Shown here: piece by piece, positions 37,843-47,595 of the stretch
Layout of the letters: the number at the start of each line of letters is the position of its first letter
How positions within the stretch are numbered: the stretch's first letter is position 1
Assembly (NCBI GenBank): GCA_963668035.1
Contig: OY764073.1
Span: forward strand, 565 to 64,564
Source: Candidatus Poribacteria bacterium
GTDB lineage: Bacteria > Poribacteria > WGA-4E > WGA-3G
Length of the DNA: 64,000 bases
Direction: 5' to 3'
Notes under the pieces: model-generated
The model's input: the letters and a program-made list of their open reading frames with translations, nothing else
What the model was told of the DNA's origin: nothing
The model's database searches: none
Program-made: the position numbers and the translations under genes

Positions 37843-39315
37843 TCACATCCGACTGTGGCCCTCCTGCTTAAATCTCTCCAGCAACCCTGTCAAGCGTTCC
37901 ACAATCTCTGGGTACGTTTCCCATACATTATTCGTCTCACCCGGGTCATCGTAGATATGGTAGAGTTGCCCCGGTGTCCCCGGTTTAGGTGCTCCATCTC
38001 TTGGTGGGGGCCATCCGCCTGAGCCTTGCGTCTCCAGTATTAACTTCCAATCGCCGTGCCGGATAGAAAAAACACCCGTACTGGAGTGGTGCACAATCGC
38101 TTCCCGCAACGGGGTTTCTATGTCTTCACCGACTAACGCTGGCAAAATGTTACAACTGTCCTGTCCTGCGTCGGCTGGCACTTCTGTCCCGACAATCGCT
38201 GCGCAGGTCGCCATCAAATCGGTGAGACAAGTGAGCGCGTCGGTTTCGGTATTCGGTGCGATGACTCCGGGCCAACGCGCAATCAGCGGTTCACGATGTC
38301 CGCCCTCCCAGATATGTGCCTTGTAGCCGCGCCAGTCGCCGCACGATTTATGGTCGTAGAGATGATAGGGCATTGCGCTGCTATCTCCCTGAATCCTGTC
38401 GCCGGGCAAGGCACCGTTATCGCTCGTGACAAAGATCAACGTCTCATCGGTTTTGCCAGTGCGCTCTAATGCATCCATAACTTCACCGACCATCCAATCC
38501 ACAAGCCAGACCAGATCACCACGGGGACCAGCACGACTCTGCCCGCGTGCGAAGTCCGGGACGACCGTTTCTGTGCAAGGTTCATGCGGTGCGGAGGGGG
38601 TCAGATAGAGAAAGAAGGGGGCATCCGCATCGGCTTGACTTTCAATGTATTCGACGGCTTTCTGTGCTATCATCGGATCCGCATCTTTATGTTCCCAGCC
38701 TGGGGTCATCATACCGGGACGGCTCGTAAACTCTGGCACTTCATGATAGACGCTCGGGATGTCGACGAAGGTGTCGTTTTCAATAAAACCATAAGGCGGT
38801 TGACATGTCGGGCAACCGGAGTTTCCGTAAAAATAGTCAAAACCGAGATCAATCGGACCCCCGGTTAGCGGGGCAGTGAAATCTATGTGCTCTTCCAACG
38901 CACGGCCTGCGTTTGCCCAAGGCAGTGGGGCATTGAAATCGAAGTCGTATCCTTGCACCGTCGAAAACCCAAGCCCTAAATGCCATTTGCCGATACATGC
39001 TGTATTATACCCTACATCTTTCAGTAATCCTGCGACTGTCAAGCGTTCGGGTTCTATGAGGGGCGGTTCGTACCCGTAAAGCACACCGTGTTTAAGACGG
39101 CTCCGCCAGCAATAGCGACCTGTTAGCACACCGTATCGTGTCGGTGTACAGACAGCTGAGGGCGAATGTGCATCTGTAAAGCGGATACCCTCTTGCGCGA
39201 GTCTATCCATATTCGGAGTCGGAATCTTGGAGTCCGGGTTATAGCAGCCGACATCACCGTATCCCATATCGTCTGCCATGATAAAGACAATGTTTGGAGA
39301 AGTGTTTGTGTCCAT
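37843..39315 (-). CDS. Arylsulfatase (Cys-type)
   Basis: PNIVFIMADDMGYGD, CTPTRYGVLTG, GKWHLG, SDNG, WEGGHR. Confidence 0.95.
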   Translation of the reverse strand: MDTNTSPNIVFIMADDMGYGDVGCYNPDSKIPTPNMDRLAQEGIRFTDAHSPSAVCTPTRYGVLTGRYCWRSRLKHGVLYGYEPPLIEPERLTVAGLLKDVGYNTACIGKWHLGLGFSTVQGYDFDFNAPLPWANAGRALEEHIDFTAPLTGGPIDLGFDYFYGNSGCPTCQPPYGFIENDTFVDIPSVYHEVPEFTSRPGMMTPGWEHKDADPMIAQKAVEYIESQADADAPFFLYLTPSAPHEPCTETVVPDFARGQSRAGPRGDLVWLVDWMVGEVMDALERTGKTDETLIFVTSDNGALPGDRIQGDSSAMPYHLYDHKSCGDWRGYKAHIWEGGHREPLIARWPGVIAPNTETDALTCLTDLMATCAAIVGTEVPADAGQDSCNILPALVGEDIETPLREAIVHHSSTGVFSIRHGDWKLILETQGSGGWPPPRDGAPKPGTPGQLYHIYDDPGETNNVWETYPEIVERLTGLLERFKQEGHSRM

Positions 39316-39358
39316 TATGATAGCTCCTAAGTGGGGGTATGACGATAAGACATCGCGT

Positions 39359-40474
39359 CTACTCTAATTTCGCCTTTAATTCAGCGAGGTCTTTGTCAAT
39401 GGATGCGTCTTCCGCGTATCCAGCAAATTCACGTTGTAATTTCACATCCTTAAACGCTACGTCCACCTCAGAAGCCGCTTGTGCTAACGCATCAGCTTCG
39501 GTGGCGTTTTGCTCTACTTGCCTCAGGATCTCAAAAGCCTTGCTATCTTGGAGTTCGGTCAACGCTTGGTGCAGATGTTCCTCGGCATCTACATTTGTAT
39601 GCTGTACAATCACTTGATCCCTTTTTCTTTCTGTTTCCTCAGTCTTCTGTTGAAGCGTTTCAAAGAGTGTTGTCAGGTGTGCAACGACCCGTTTCTGCTC
39701 ATCCCATTGGTTTTTGTAGGTGCTGGCGAGTTGTCGGTACTCGTTGCGTTCTGCTAAATCTTCGCGCGCGAGATCTTCACGTCCAGCTTGGAGAGCGATA
39801 ATCGCCCGCTCTTCACAACGTTCCGCCTGCGCAAGTGCTCCCTGATGAGCGTTTTGAAACTGTTTTTCAATGCCGATAGAGGCATCAACCTTCTGCTTCG
39901 CTTCCGAAAACCGATTTGTAATTTCACTAATAACATCCCCTAAAACCTGTTCTAAATCCCTCGTTTTGATACCGACCTTATCTTCGGATTCTGATTCAGA
40001 GACAAATTCCACAGCTTTTGTGTCTAACTGAACCACAATTGTCTTGGCAAGTTTATCCCCCATCCGCCGTCTCTCTTTTCCGCATGCAAATAACCAGTCA
40101 ACCGGTTGGAATATACCGGCAAAACGCCGAACGAAAGCATCTTTAAAGTTCGCAGGTTTCCCATCAGCCAAACGCACGATCTGCAGAGATAACAACCGCT
40201 TTCCAAACCCGCCGCCCCGCTTGAAGCCATCCATAAGAAATAGACCAAATCCCCACAAAATAACAGTGAGGGTCCTAATACTCATTGAGCTTATATCTGA
40301 TGCTTCCCCAAAGCCAATAGTAGCCTCAAGAATTTCACGGAGTTCAAAATTGAGGAAAATTAAAAGGGTTTGAATAAGCCCCAAGAGTCCTACATCCAGT
40401 AAGAACGCGCCGAGTCGGGCCCATCGCGAAGCCAACTTAAACTTTTTTTCTGCAACCTTAATAATGGATGCCAT
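39359..40474 (-). CDS. RDD domain-PspA/IM30 fusion (paralog 4)
   Basis: LASRWARLGAFLLD...GKRLLSLQIV...GDKLAKTIVV, then ERA.IALQAGREDLARE...IDKDLAELKAKL. Confidence 0.85.
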   Translation of the reverse strand: MASIIKVAEKKFKLASRWARLGAFLLDVGLLGLIQTLLIFLNFELREILEATIGFGEASDISSMSIRTLTVILWGFGLFLMDGFKRGGGFGKRLLSLQIVRLADGKPANFKDAFVRRFAGIFQPVDWLFACGKERRRMGDKLAKTIVVQLDTKAVEFVSESESEDKVGIKTRDLEQVLGDVISEITNRFSEAKQKVDASIGIEKQFQNAHQGALAQAERCEERAIIALQAGREDLAREDLAERNEYRQLASTYKNQWDEQKRVVAHLTTLFETLQQKTEETERKRDQVIVQHTNVDAEEHLHQALTELQDSKAFEILRQVEQNATEADALAQAASEVDVAFKDVKLQREFAGYAEDASIDKDLAELKAKLE

Positions 40475-40521
40475 CTGAAATGTCTCCCCTTGAATAAATC
40501 GCCATTCAAAATACCCAATGG

Positions 40522-41700
40522 CTACTCCAGCTTTGACTTTAATTCAGCGAGGTCTTTTTCAATGGATGCGTCTTCTGCGTGTTCAGAAAATTCGCGCTCT
40601 AATTTCGCGTCCTGATAGGCGACATCCACTTCGACGGCGGCTTTCGCCAAATTGGAAGCTTCAGTTGCTTCCTCTTCCATCTTTTTAAGCGTTTCAAACG
40701 CTTTGTTATCCTGAACCTCTGCCAACATCTCGCGCAGATGGGTTTCGGCATCAAGGTTTCTATGTTTCGCGACGACAACCGCTTTTTTCCCTTCTGCCTC
40801 CACCATTTTCTGTTGGAGATGATCAAGCAGGTCTCTAAGTGCGCGAACAATCTGCTGCTGTTCTTCCCATTGTTTTTTGTATTGGGCTGCTAATCGCTGG
40901 TATTCATTGCGTTTTTCCAAATCTTCGCGTGCCAAATCCTCACGTCCTGCTTTCAAAGAGATAACAGCGCGCTCTTGCCATTGTTCTGCTTGAACCGTCG
41001 CGCCTTCATAAGCATCTTGAAACTGTTTTTCGATGCCGATAGAGGCATCAACTTTCTCGCGCGCCTCTGAAAGCCGATGTTGCATCTCAACGATGGCATT
41101 TTCTAAAACAGCTTCCGGGTTTTCAGTTTTAGGCTTGATCGGTTCCGGCTCATGCTTCACATCATCTTTCCCTCCGAGTGTCTGGCGTGCCTCTGAAAAT
41201 AGATTTTTCATCTCAGTGAGGACATTTTCTAAAACATCTTCTGTGTCTTCGGTTTGGGTTGCCATCTGTTCGTTTTGCGGTTTATAGTTTACAACAGCTG
41301 TCTCTGCCAACTTATCTCCGAGGCGTTGCCGTTTTTCACCGAGTAACCAGATTAAGTCAAACGGTTGGAGGATAAGACCCGCGAAACGCCGAACAAAAGA
41401 GTCTTTGTAAGTACATGGTTTTCCATCTTTCAAACGCAGTACTTGTAGGGAAAGCAACCGCTTTCCTATGCCCCGCCCCTTTTGGAAACCATCTATAAAA
41501 AGCAGGCCTACAATAAAAAAGAGGCTGCTCAAAGGTTCAGATAGGAAATAGGAAAACGGGAGTAGTGCCCCTAAGAAACCTCCTACAATTAAGGAGACGA
41601 TACTAATAAGCGTGAAGTCTATGATAAAGGCGTATAGCCTTTTCGATCGGGATCCTAATCTGAGTTTTTTTCCTGCAATTGTGATAGATACCATCCGCAA
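40522..41700 (-). CDS. RDD domain-PspA/IM30 fusion (paralog 3)
   Basis: RLYAFIID...GKRLLSLQV...QRLGDKLAET; ENPEAVLENAIVEM...QWQERA..SLKAGREDLARE. Confidence 0.87.
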   Translation of the reverse strand: MRMVSITIAGKKLRLGSRSKRLYAFIIDFTLISIVSLIVGGFLGALLPFSYFLSEPLSSLFFIVGLLFIDGFQKGRGIGKRLLSLQVLRLKDGKPCTYKDSFVRRFAGLILQPFDLIWLLGEKRQRLGDKLAETAVVNYKPQNEQMATQTEDTEDVLENVLTEMKNLFSEARQTLGGKDDVKHEPEPIKPKTENPEAVLENAIVEMQHRLSEAREKVDASIGIEKQFQDAYEGATVQAEQWQERAVISLKAGREDLAREDLEKRNEYQRLAAQYKKQWEEQQQIVRALRDLLDHLQQKMVEAEGKKAVVVAKHRNLDAETHLREMLAEVQDNKAFETLKKMEEEATEASNLAKAAVEVDVAYQDAKLEREFSEHAEDASIEKDLAELKSKLE

Positions 41701-41723
41701 ACTCCAGAAATCTTTATGAACGT

Positions 41724-42881
41724 TTATGTCTCTAATTTCGCTTTCAATTCAGCGAGGTCTTTGTCAATAGTGGCTTCTTCAGCGTACTGCGCGAATTCTT
41801 CCTCTAATTCCACACTCTGTGATGCAAGGGCTGTCTCTGCCTCCACCTGCGCCAAAGTGATGACTTCAGTGGCATCCAGCTCGACTTGCATCAGCGCGTT
41901 TTCTTGTATCTCTTTGAGTATTTCACGCAGATGCGCTTGGGCATCAACGTTTCTATGTTGTGCCACGGTGCCTACTTTTCTGTCTTCCATCTCTATTACC
42001 TTCTGTTGCAGGTGCGCCAACAGATTATTGAATGCCCCGATGACCTGTTTCTGTGCTTCGCAATGCTGTTTACATTGTTCTGCAAGTTGCTGGTATCCGC
42101 TGCGTTTTCGAAGTTCTTCGCGTGCGGAGTCTTCACGTTGTGCTTGCAAAGCGGTCATTGCGTTGGCATAATACCGGTCTGCTTGTGCAAGCGAACTTTC
42201 GTGGGCGGCTTGAAGTTGTTCTTCAGCTTCAATAGATTCATCGACCTTCTGGCGACCTTCTAAAAGCCAGTCTTTCATCTCACGGATAGCAGCTTCCAGC
42301 ACCTGCTCTGGGTCTTCCGCTTGATTGAGGGCATCAGCGTCCTCACTCTCAATGACTGTTTCTACTGTTTCTACTGTTTTTGTTTGCGGCACGAGTTCCA
42401 CGTCCCGCGCGCGCACCACAACTGTTCCGGCTAGCTTGTCAGCGAGGCGTTGTCGCTCCGGCCAGAAGACACAGAAAATATCTATGGGTTGAAATAATCC
42501 TACCAGTTTGCGAAGCATAGTCTCTTTAAAGGTGAGCCGTCTGCCATCTTTCAGTCGGATCACATGTATTTCCATAAATCCGCTACCGAGTTTGACGAAA
42601 TATGAGCCTACCATCAGGGCTGGCAGCACTATATAAGGTATAAGATACTCAAAGTAATCTTCTATCCCCGGCCCAGACGAGTCAGGAAAGTCCATAAAGA
42701 TATCTAAAATACCGACTATAATGACGACAGGGATCATCAAGATCGCCCCTGCAATTGAGACAATTACCGTAATTATGAAGGCGGCAATAAACAAACATAC
42801 AAGGTCTATGCCGAACGCAGCGAACCGCGCCCATCGCGGTGCGAGTTCAAAATTTCTCTCTGCAATTTTAATATGTTTCAT
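41724..42881 (-). CDS. RDD domain-PspA/IM30 fusion (paralog 2)
   Basis: LAPRWARFAAFGID...QRLADKLAGTVVV; AEDPEQVLEAAIREM...IDKDLAELKAKL. Confidence 0.85.
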   Translation of the reverse strand: MKHIKIAERNFELAPRWARFAAFGIDLVCLFIAAFIITVIVSIAGAILMIPVVIIVGILDIFMDFPDSSGPGIEDYFEYLIPYIVLPALMVGSYFVKLGSGFMEIHVIRLKDGRRLTFKETMLRKLVGLFQPIDIFCVFWPERQRLADKLAGTVVVRARDVELVPQTKTVETVETVIESEDADALNQAEDPEQVLEAAIREMKDWLLEGRQKVDESIEAEEQLQAAHESSLAQADRYYANAMTALQAQREDSAREELRKRSGYQQLAEQCKQHCEAQKQVIGAFNNLLAHLQQKVIEMEDRKVGTVAQHRNVDAQAHLREILKEIQENALMQVELDATEVITLAQVEAETALASQSVELEEEFAQYAEEATIDKDLAELKAKLET

Positions 42882-42962
42882 CTTGAAAGCCCCTCAGTAT
42901 GGATGAACGCTGGTGTGAAACGGCGCGAGAGTCGTGTCAAAGCTGGGATATCCCTATCGCGC

Positions 42963-45602
42963 CTACTGTAGTTTCGCCTTTAGTTCAGCAAGTTCTTTAT
43001 CAATTGTGGCCTCCTCGGCATTTCCCGCAAATTCACGTTCTAATTCTGCGTCCTGATATGCGGTATCCATTTCAGCCGCTGCTTTTTCTAAAGCGGATTC
43101 TTTGGTCACGCGCTGCTCCGTTTCCACGAACGTTTCAAAGGGTTCGCTCTCCTCTATCTCTGCAAGCATCTTACGGAGATGTGTTTGGGCATTCGTGTTC
43201 TTGTGTTGTGCAACGATGACGGCTTTTTTGACTTGTGCCTCCATCATTTTCCGCTGAAGATATTCAAGCGTATTTTTAAAGGATTGCACGACCTGTTTCT
43301 GTTCTTCATACTGCTTTTCGTAGCCGTCTGCCAGTCGGCGGTGTTTGTTCCGTTTTTGCAGTGCTTCGCGTGCGGTGTTTTCATCTTCTGCTTGTAGGGC
43401 AGCGACTGCACTCGCTTGAGCCTGCTCTGCTTGTGCCACCGCGTCTTCATAGGAGATTTGGAACTGTTTTTCCGCTTCGATAGACGCGTCAACCTGCTCG
43501 CGCGCTTTTGACAGCCTGCTTTTCATCTCAAGAATAGCAACCCCTAACACCTCTTCTGGCTCCCCAATGGGGCTGTTCTCTGCCTCAAGGTCTACGATAA
43601 CGACTTCCTGCTCGGATTTCACGACGGCTGTTCCGGCGAGTTTGTCGCCGAGCCGTTGCCGCTTTTTTCCAAGGCTCGGAATAAGATCCAAAGGTGCAAG
43701 GACACTTGCGATTCGCCGCAGAAAAGCGTCTTTAAAGCCGCCCGGTCTGCCATTTTTTAATCGGACGACCTGTATGGACATCGCGCGCTTACCAGGGCCG
43801 CATCCGTTGAATCCATCCATAAAAAATAACCCGAATATCCATAATCCAAGATTAATAGATTGAACAGTCCTGAAAGGAAGCAAAGCAATCTCAGGATTCG
43901 GATAGGCAATTAAAGTAACAAAAAAGGTAATATAAAGTAAGCAGCTTACGTCTATCAAAAATGCGGACAGCCGCAGCTTTAGCGGTGCTAATTCAAACTC
44001 TTGTCTTGCAATTCTAATAGACGGTTCTGTCTCTGGCACAACTTCCGCTACAGTGGTTGCTACGACGACCGTTCCTGCGAGTTTATCCCCGATCCGTTGC
44101 CATTTTGGCCCAAAGGTTGAGATCAGATCGAAAGGTTGAAGCACGATTGTGAGTCTACGCAGAAAGGCATTTTTGAGATTACAAGGGTTGCCATCTTTCA
44201 ATCGGAGTACCTGAATCCCTATCATTGCTTTGCCGGGGCTGCGTCCGCTGAATCCATCGAGAAAGAGTAGCCCGAGTATCCATAAACTGACAGTTGCAGT
44301 ATAAAAGACGATAGGCACTATGCCGAACATAGGAAGTATGTCGTTTGTTTCTATTATAGCAGGATCAACTGTAGAAGGGTTAGAATAGTAGATGGCACGT
44401 TCACGCGCAAAATAATACGCGGATACAGCAAATGCCAGCAAGCGTAAAATCACGGTGGCGGAGATTAAGAGCAGTACATCCGTGGAAAAAGCGAAAAACC
44501 GTGCCAAGCGATCCGCCAACGCAAACTCTTTTCCGCCGATTCTGATAGATTGTGCGGATGAGCGTGCTGTCCACTTTGTCAATTCGGGATCTTTTCCCGC
44601 CATTTCGAGGACCTCTTCTGGAGTCCTCCGCAGAGGCTTCGCGGCAGTTGCCGGGTCAAATTTCACGACGATCGTTCCGGCTAACCGATCGCCGATGCGT
44701 TGCCCTTTTGGGTGAAGTATACAGATAATAACATCGAAGGGTTGAAGCACGATTGTGAGTCTGCGCCAAAAGGCGCTTTTGAGATTACACGGTGTACCAT
44801 CTTTCAATCGGATCACCCGGAGTTTCATCAGTGCTTTGCCGGGACTGCGGCCGTTGAACCCATCAAGAAAGAGGAGTCCAAATATCCATAAACCGATGCT
44901 TATGGCATAAACGACGGTATGGATTATGTTGACCGTGTACTCTATAGTGTCTTTTTCTATGATAACCCCAGGATCAACATAGTAACTACGATCAATATAA
45001 GAGCTGTATACCTCAAGGGCCAGCCAGAGTAAGATCATCGGGATGAAAACTAAGGGCAGCACATCTATGAAAAAAGCGAAAAGGCGTGCGAACCGATCCC
45101 CCAATTCGAAATCTCTGCCTACGATCTTAATAGACATTTCCGGGGCCGGCGATCCAAATTTCGTATAATGTTCATGGATAAGACTGAATTTGACGATGAC
45201 CGTTTTGACGAGCTGATCTCCCAAGCGTTGCCGTTTTTCGCTGAACATCCAGATGAGATCCAGGGGGAGAAGGATCATTGTGAGTCGGCGAAAAAAAGCA
45301 TCTGTAAAATTGCTCGGTCTGCCATCTTTCAATCGGAGTACCCGGATATCCATTAGGTCTTTGCCGGGGCTGCGTCCGCTGAAGCCTTCCATAAAAGTCA
45401 GCCCGAATAGCCATAACAGAAGGCTGGCGATCTGAAAAAGTTTTGGGTGCCACGTCCTGATCCCAAGCCAGCCTAAAACCCAGTATAAAATCAAGGTGGC
45501 GACAGATAAGATCAGTGCATCTATGAAAAACGCCCAGAACCGTCGGCTTAGGGAAGCTAATTGAAAATTTCTGCCTGCAATTTTGATACTAACAGTTTTC
45601 AT
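42963..45602 (-). CDS. Four tandem RDD domains fused to PspA/IM30 (paralog 1)
   Basis: Four repeats of F.LA...R..AF.ID...GRSPGK...QR.GD.LAGT.VV, followed by EPEEVL..AILEM...IDKELAELKAKL. Confidence 0.87.
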   Translation of the reverse strand: MKTVSIKIAGRNFQLASLSRRFWAFFIDALILSVATLILYWVLGWLGIRTWHPKLFQIASLLLWLFGLTFMEGFSGRSPGKDLMDIRVLRLKDGRPSNFTDAFFRRLTMILLPLDLIWMFSEKRQRLGDQLVKTVIVKFSLIHEHYTKFGSPAPEMSIKIVGRDFELGDRFARLFAFFIDVLPLVFIPMILLWLALEVYSSYIDRSYYVDPGVIIEKDTIEYTVNIIHTVVYAISIGLWIFGLLFLDGFNGRSPGKALMKLRVIRLKDGTPCNLKSAFWRRLTIVLQPFDVIICILHPKGQRIGDRLAGTIVVKFDPATAAKPLRRTPEEVLEMAGKDPELTKWTARSSAQSIRIGGKEFALADRLARFFAFSTDVLLLISATVILRLLAFAVSAYYFARERAIYYSNPSTVDPAIIETNDILPMFGIVPIVFYTATVSLWILGLLFLDGFSGRSPGKAMIGIQVLRLKDGNPCNLKNAFLRRLTIVLQPFDLISTFGPKWQRIGDKLAGTVVVATTVAEVVPETEPSIRIARQEFELAPLKLRLSAFLIDVSCLLYITFFVTLIAYPNPEIALLPFRTVQSINLGLWIFGLFFMDGFNGCGPGKRAMSIQVVRLKNGRPGGFKDAFLRRIASVLAPLDLIPSLGKKRQRLGDKLAGTAVVKSEQEVVIVDLEAENSPIGEPEEVLGVAILEMKSRLSKAREQVDASIEAEKQFQISYEDAVAQAEQAQASAVAALQAEDENTAREALQKRNKHRRLADGYEKQYEEQKQVVQSFKNTLEYLQRKMMEAQVKKAVIVAQHKNTNAQTHLRKMLAEIEESEPFETFVETEQRVTKESALEKAAAEMDTAYQDAELEREFAGNAEEATIDKELAELKAKLQ

Positions 45603-45715
45603 CGTGAAAACCCCTGTCTGTCCTCAGGATATATTATATAGAGTCTGCAGCGCCAAAAAGGATAGTCCAATTTTTTTATCTACAACCTAAAACTTTGACA
45701 GGCTGTAGATGACAT

Positions 45716-46321
45716 TTATGCCTTCTGTTCGACCATACTTGAGAGAATACCCAGAATCTTATCGCATTGTGTGATTGTGTAGATCGCCATGTCAATATGC
45801 AGCCGGTGTCCTTCTAATTTGAGGAATTGCCATTCTGTTCCTGTCGTGCTGGCACCATAAACAGAAGCTATATTGTTCTGCTTCTCGTGATTAAAGCGTT
45901 GTGCAGCGAACATCTCGGCAACACATTGACCTAATCCAAGTTTAGGTTCAGCTTTCTTTGCCTCAACAAGTGCGATAACCGGTGCCTCTAGGAAAAATTG
46001 TTCCGGTGATAAACTTATCAAAAAATCGCATACACCAACTAAGCCGTTTTCGGCATCAACGCTGAATTCAATCCCTGAAAAGAAACTGATACGGCGATCG
46101 AAGTGCTCACGGAGTTCGAAGAGAACATTCGCGACAATCAGTTCTGATCGTGCTTTTTCTGTCCCTATCGCAACAGCTAATGGAACTTTTTTACGCAACT
46201 CGGCTGTGAAGTGCGGACTCGGCGTTACCACCTCTATTTCAGAAAAGAGGTCTATGGACTCAACTGTTTCCAATTCAAATGCTGCCCGCACGGATTCTAA
46301 AGTAAAATTGCTGTAAGCCAT
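45716..46321 (-). CDS. Conserved hypothetical protein, PD-(D/E)XK-like
   Basis: MAYSNFTL, TEKARSE, GVCDFLI, VEAKK, GQCVAEM.AAQ.FN, YGA.TTG.EWQFLKL. Confidence 0.7.
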   Translation of the reverse strand: MAYSNFTLESVRAAFELETVESIDLFSEIEVVTPSPHFTAELRKKVPLAVAIGTEKARSELIVANVLFELREHFDRRISFFSGIEFSVDAENGLVGVCDFLISLSPEQFFLEAPVIALVEAKKAEPKLGLGQCVAEMFAAQRFNHEKQNNIASVYGASTTGTEWQFLKLEGHRLHIDMAIYTITQCDKILGILSSMVEQKA

Positions 46322-46370
46322 TTATAGACCTCGTAAGTATGATAGCCCCTTTGTCCACAAAGTCCACAAA

Positions 46371-47429
46371 TCATAAGCTCGGTACTGTGACAGCGACTTC
46401 GCGTCCACCCGCATTTGAAGAATCGATAACGCCTTGGATGATAACGTTGGTAAGCATCACGCCGTACGGATCGATCGGTGAGGGTTTACCTTCACGAACA
46501 GCGTCAATGAACGCCGAATCTTCTTCGTGGAATACGCTCACGGATTCAAACTCGGTGAACTCTTGGTCAAAAATCTCGCCATCTTTATCGCCATAGACGC
46601 GTACGCCTTCTTGTGGTCCCCGGACTTCGCCGATACCGAGCCGTAACCCCGCTTTTTTGCCGAGAAAGATCGTTCCACCGAGTGAATCCATGTTCATGCA
46701 CCAACACGTCTTGAAGACCATACGCGCCCCGTTCTCAAAAACCACCCAACCGACACCGAAATCTTCTACCTCCGTCTCTCTAAGCGCAGGATTCCATGTA
46801 TTGTGCAGACTCAAATAGTTGGAGGTGATACCGGAGACCGCAACGGGTTTCGGGTGTCCCATCAGATAGAGAGCTGTGTCAAGTGCATAGACGCCGATAT
46901 CCGCGGACGCGCCTAAACCCGCAGTCGCTTTTCGGATAAAACTGCCGCCCGGGTTCCCGCGCCGCCGGTCTGCGACGGTTTCAACATAGTAAATGTCGCC
47001 GAGCGTGCCAGCGTCAACGATTTCTTTCGCCTTAATCACTTGTGGTGAATACCGGAGTTTCAAACCGATCATCAAAATTTTGTCGTTCTCTTTTGCGGCG
47101 CGCCACATTGAAGCGGCAGCGTCCAACGTCGCTTCCATCGGTTTCTCACAAAAAACGTGTTTACCGGCGTTCAGCGCAGCGACCGTAGGGGCTGCATGTA
47201 CACCTGTAGGCGTACAGACGTAGACCGCCTCGATTTCGTCCATTTTGAGCATTTCGTTGTAATCGGTGAACGTGCGTTTGATGCCCCATTGCTCTTTCGC
47301 GCGTTCCAAATTTGCGGGGGCGATGTCGGCAGCAGCGATAATCTCGGCACCTTCAATATCCGTAAGCGTTCGACAGTGTGCCCCTGAAATGCCCCCTGCA
47401 CCAATCAAACCTAATTTAACTGTTCTCAT
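46371..47429 (-). CDS. Gfo/Idh/MocA family oxidoreductase
   Basis: GLIGAGGI, VCTP, GKHVFCEKP. Confidence 0.92.
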   Translation of the reverse strand: MRTVKLGLIGAGGISGAHCRTLTDIEGAEIIAAADIAPANLERAKEQWGIKRTFTDYNEMLKMDEIEAVYVCTPTGVHAAPTVAALNAGKHVFCEKPMEATLDAAASMWRAAKENDKILMIGLKLRYSPQVIKAKEIVDAGTLGDIYYVETVADRRRGNPGGSFIRKATAGLGASADIGVYALDTALYLMGHPKPVAVSGITSNYLSLHNTWNPALRETEVEDFGVGWVVFENGARMVFKTCWCMNMDSLGGTIFLGKKAGLRLGIGEVRGPQEGVRVYGDKDGEIFDQEFTEFESVSVFHEEDSAFIDAVREGKPSPIDPYGVMLTNVIIQGVIDSSNAGGREVAVTVPSL

Positions 47430-47533
47430 TTACATCTCCCTGTTACGTATTGTATGCTTTTCATTCTAATGTATTTTGGCTTAGAAGTCAAGAAAATTTT
47501 TATCGTGGACGGAAATGAACCCGAAATTGCCGT

Positions 47534-47562
47534 TTGACACAATTCGTCGGCTGTGCTATATT
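47534..47562 (+). promoter_or_regulatory. Putative sigma70 promoter
   Basis: TTGACA-17 bp-TATATT with an extended -10 TG. Confidence 0.6.
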
Positions 47563-47595
47563 GCAAATAGACTACAAACTTTTGAGGAGACTGTT

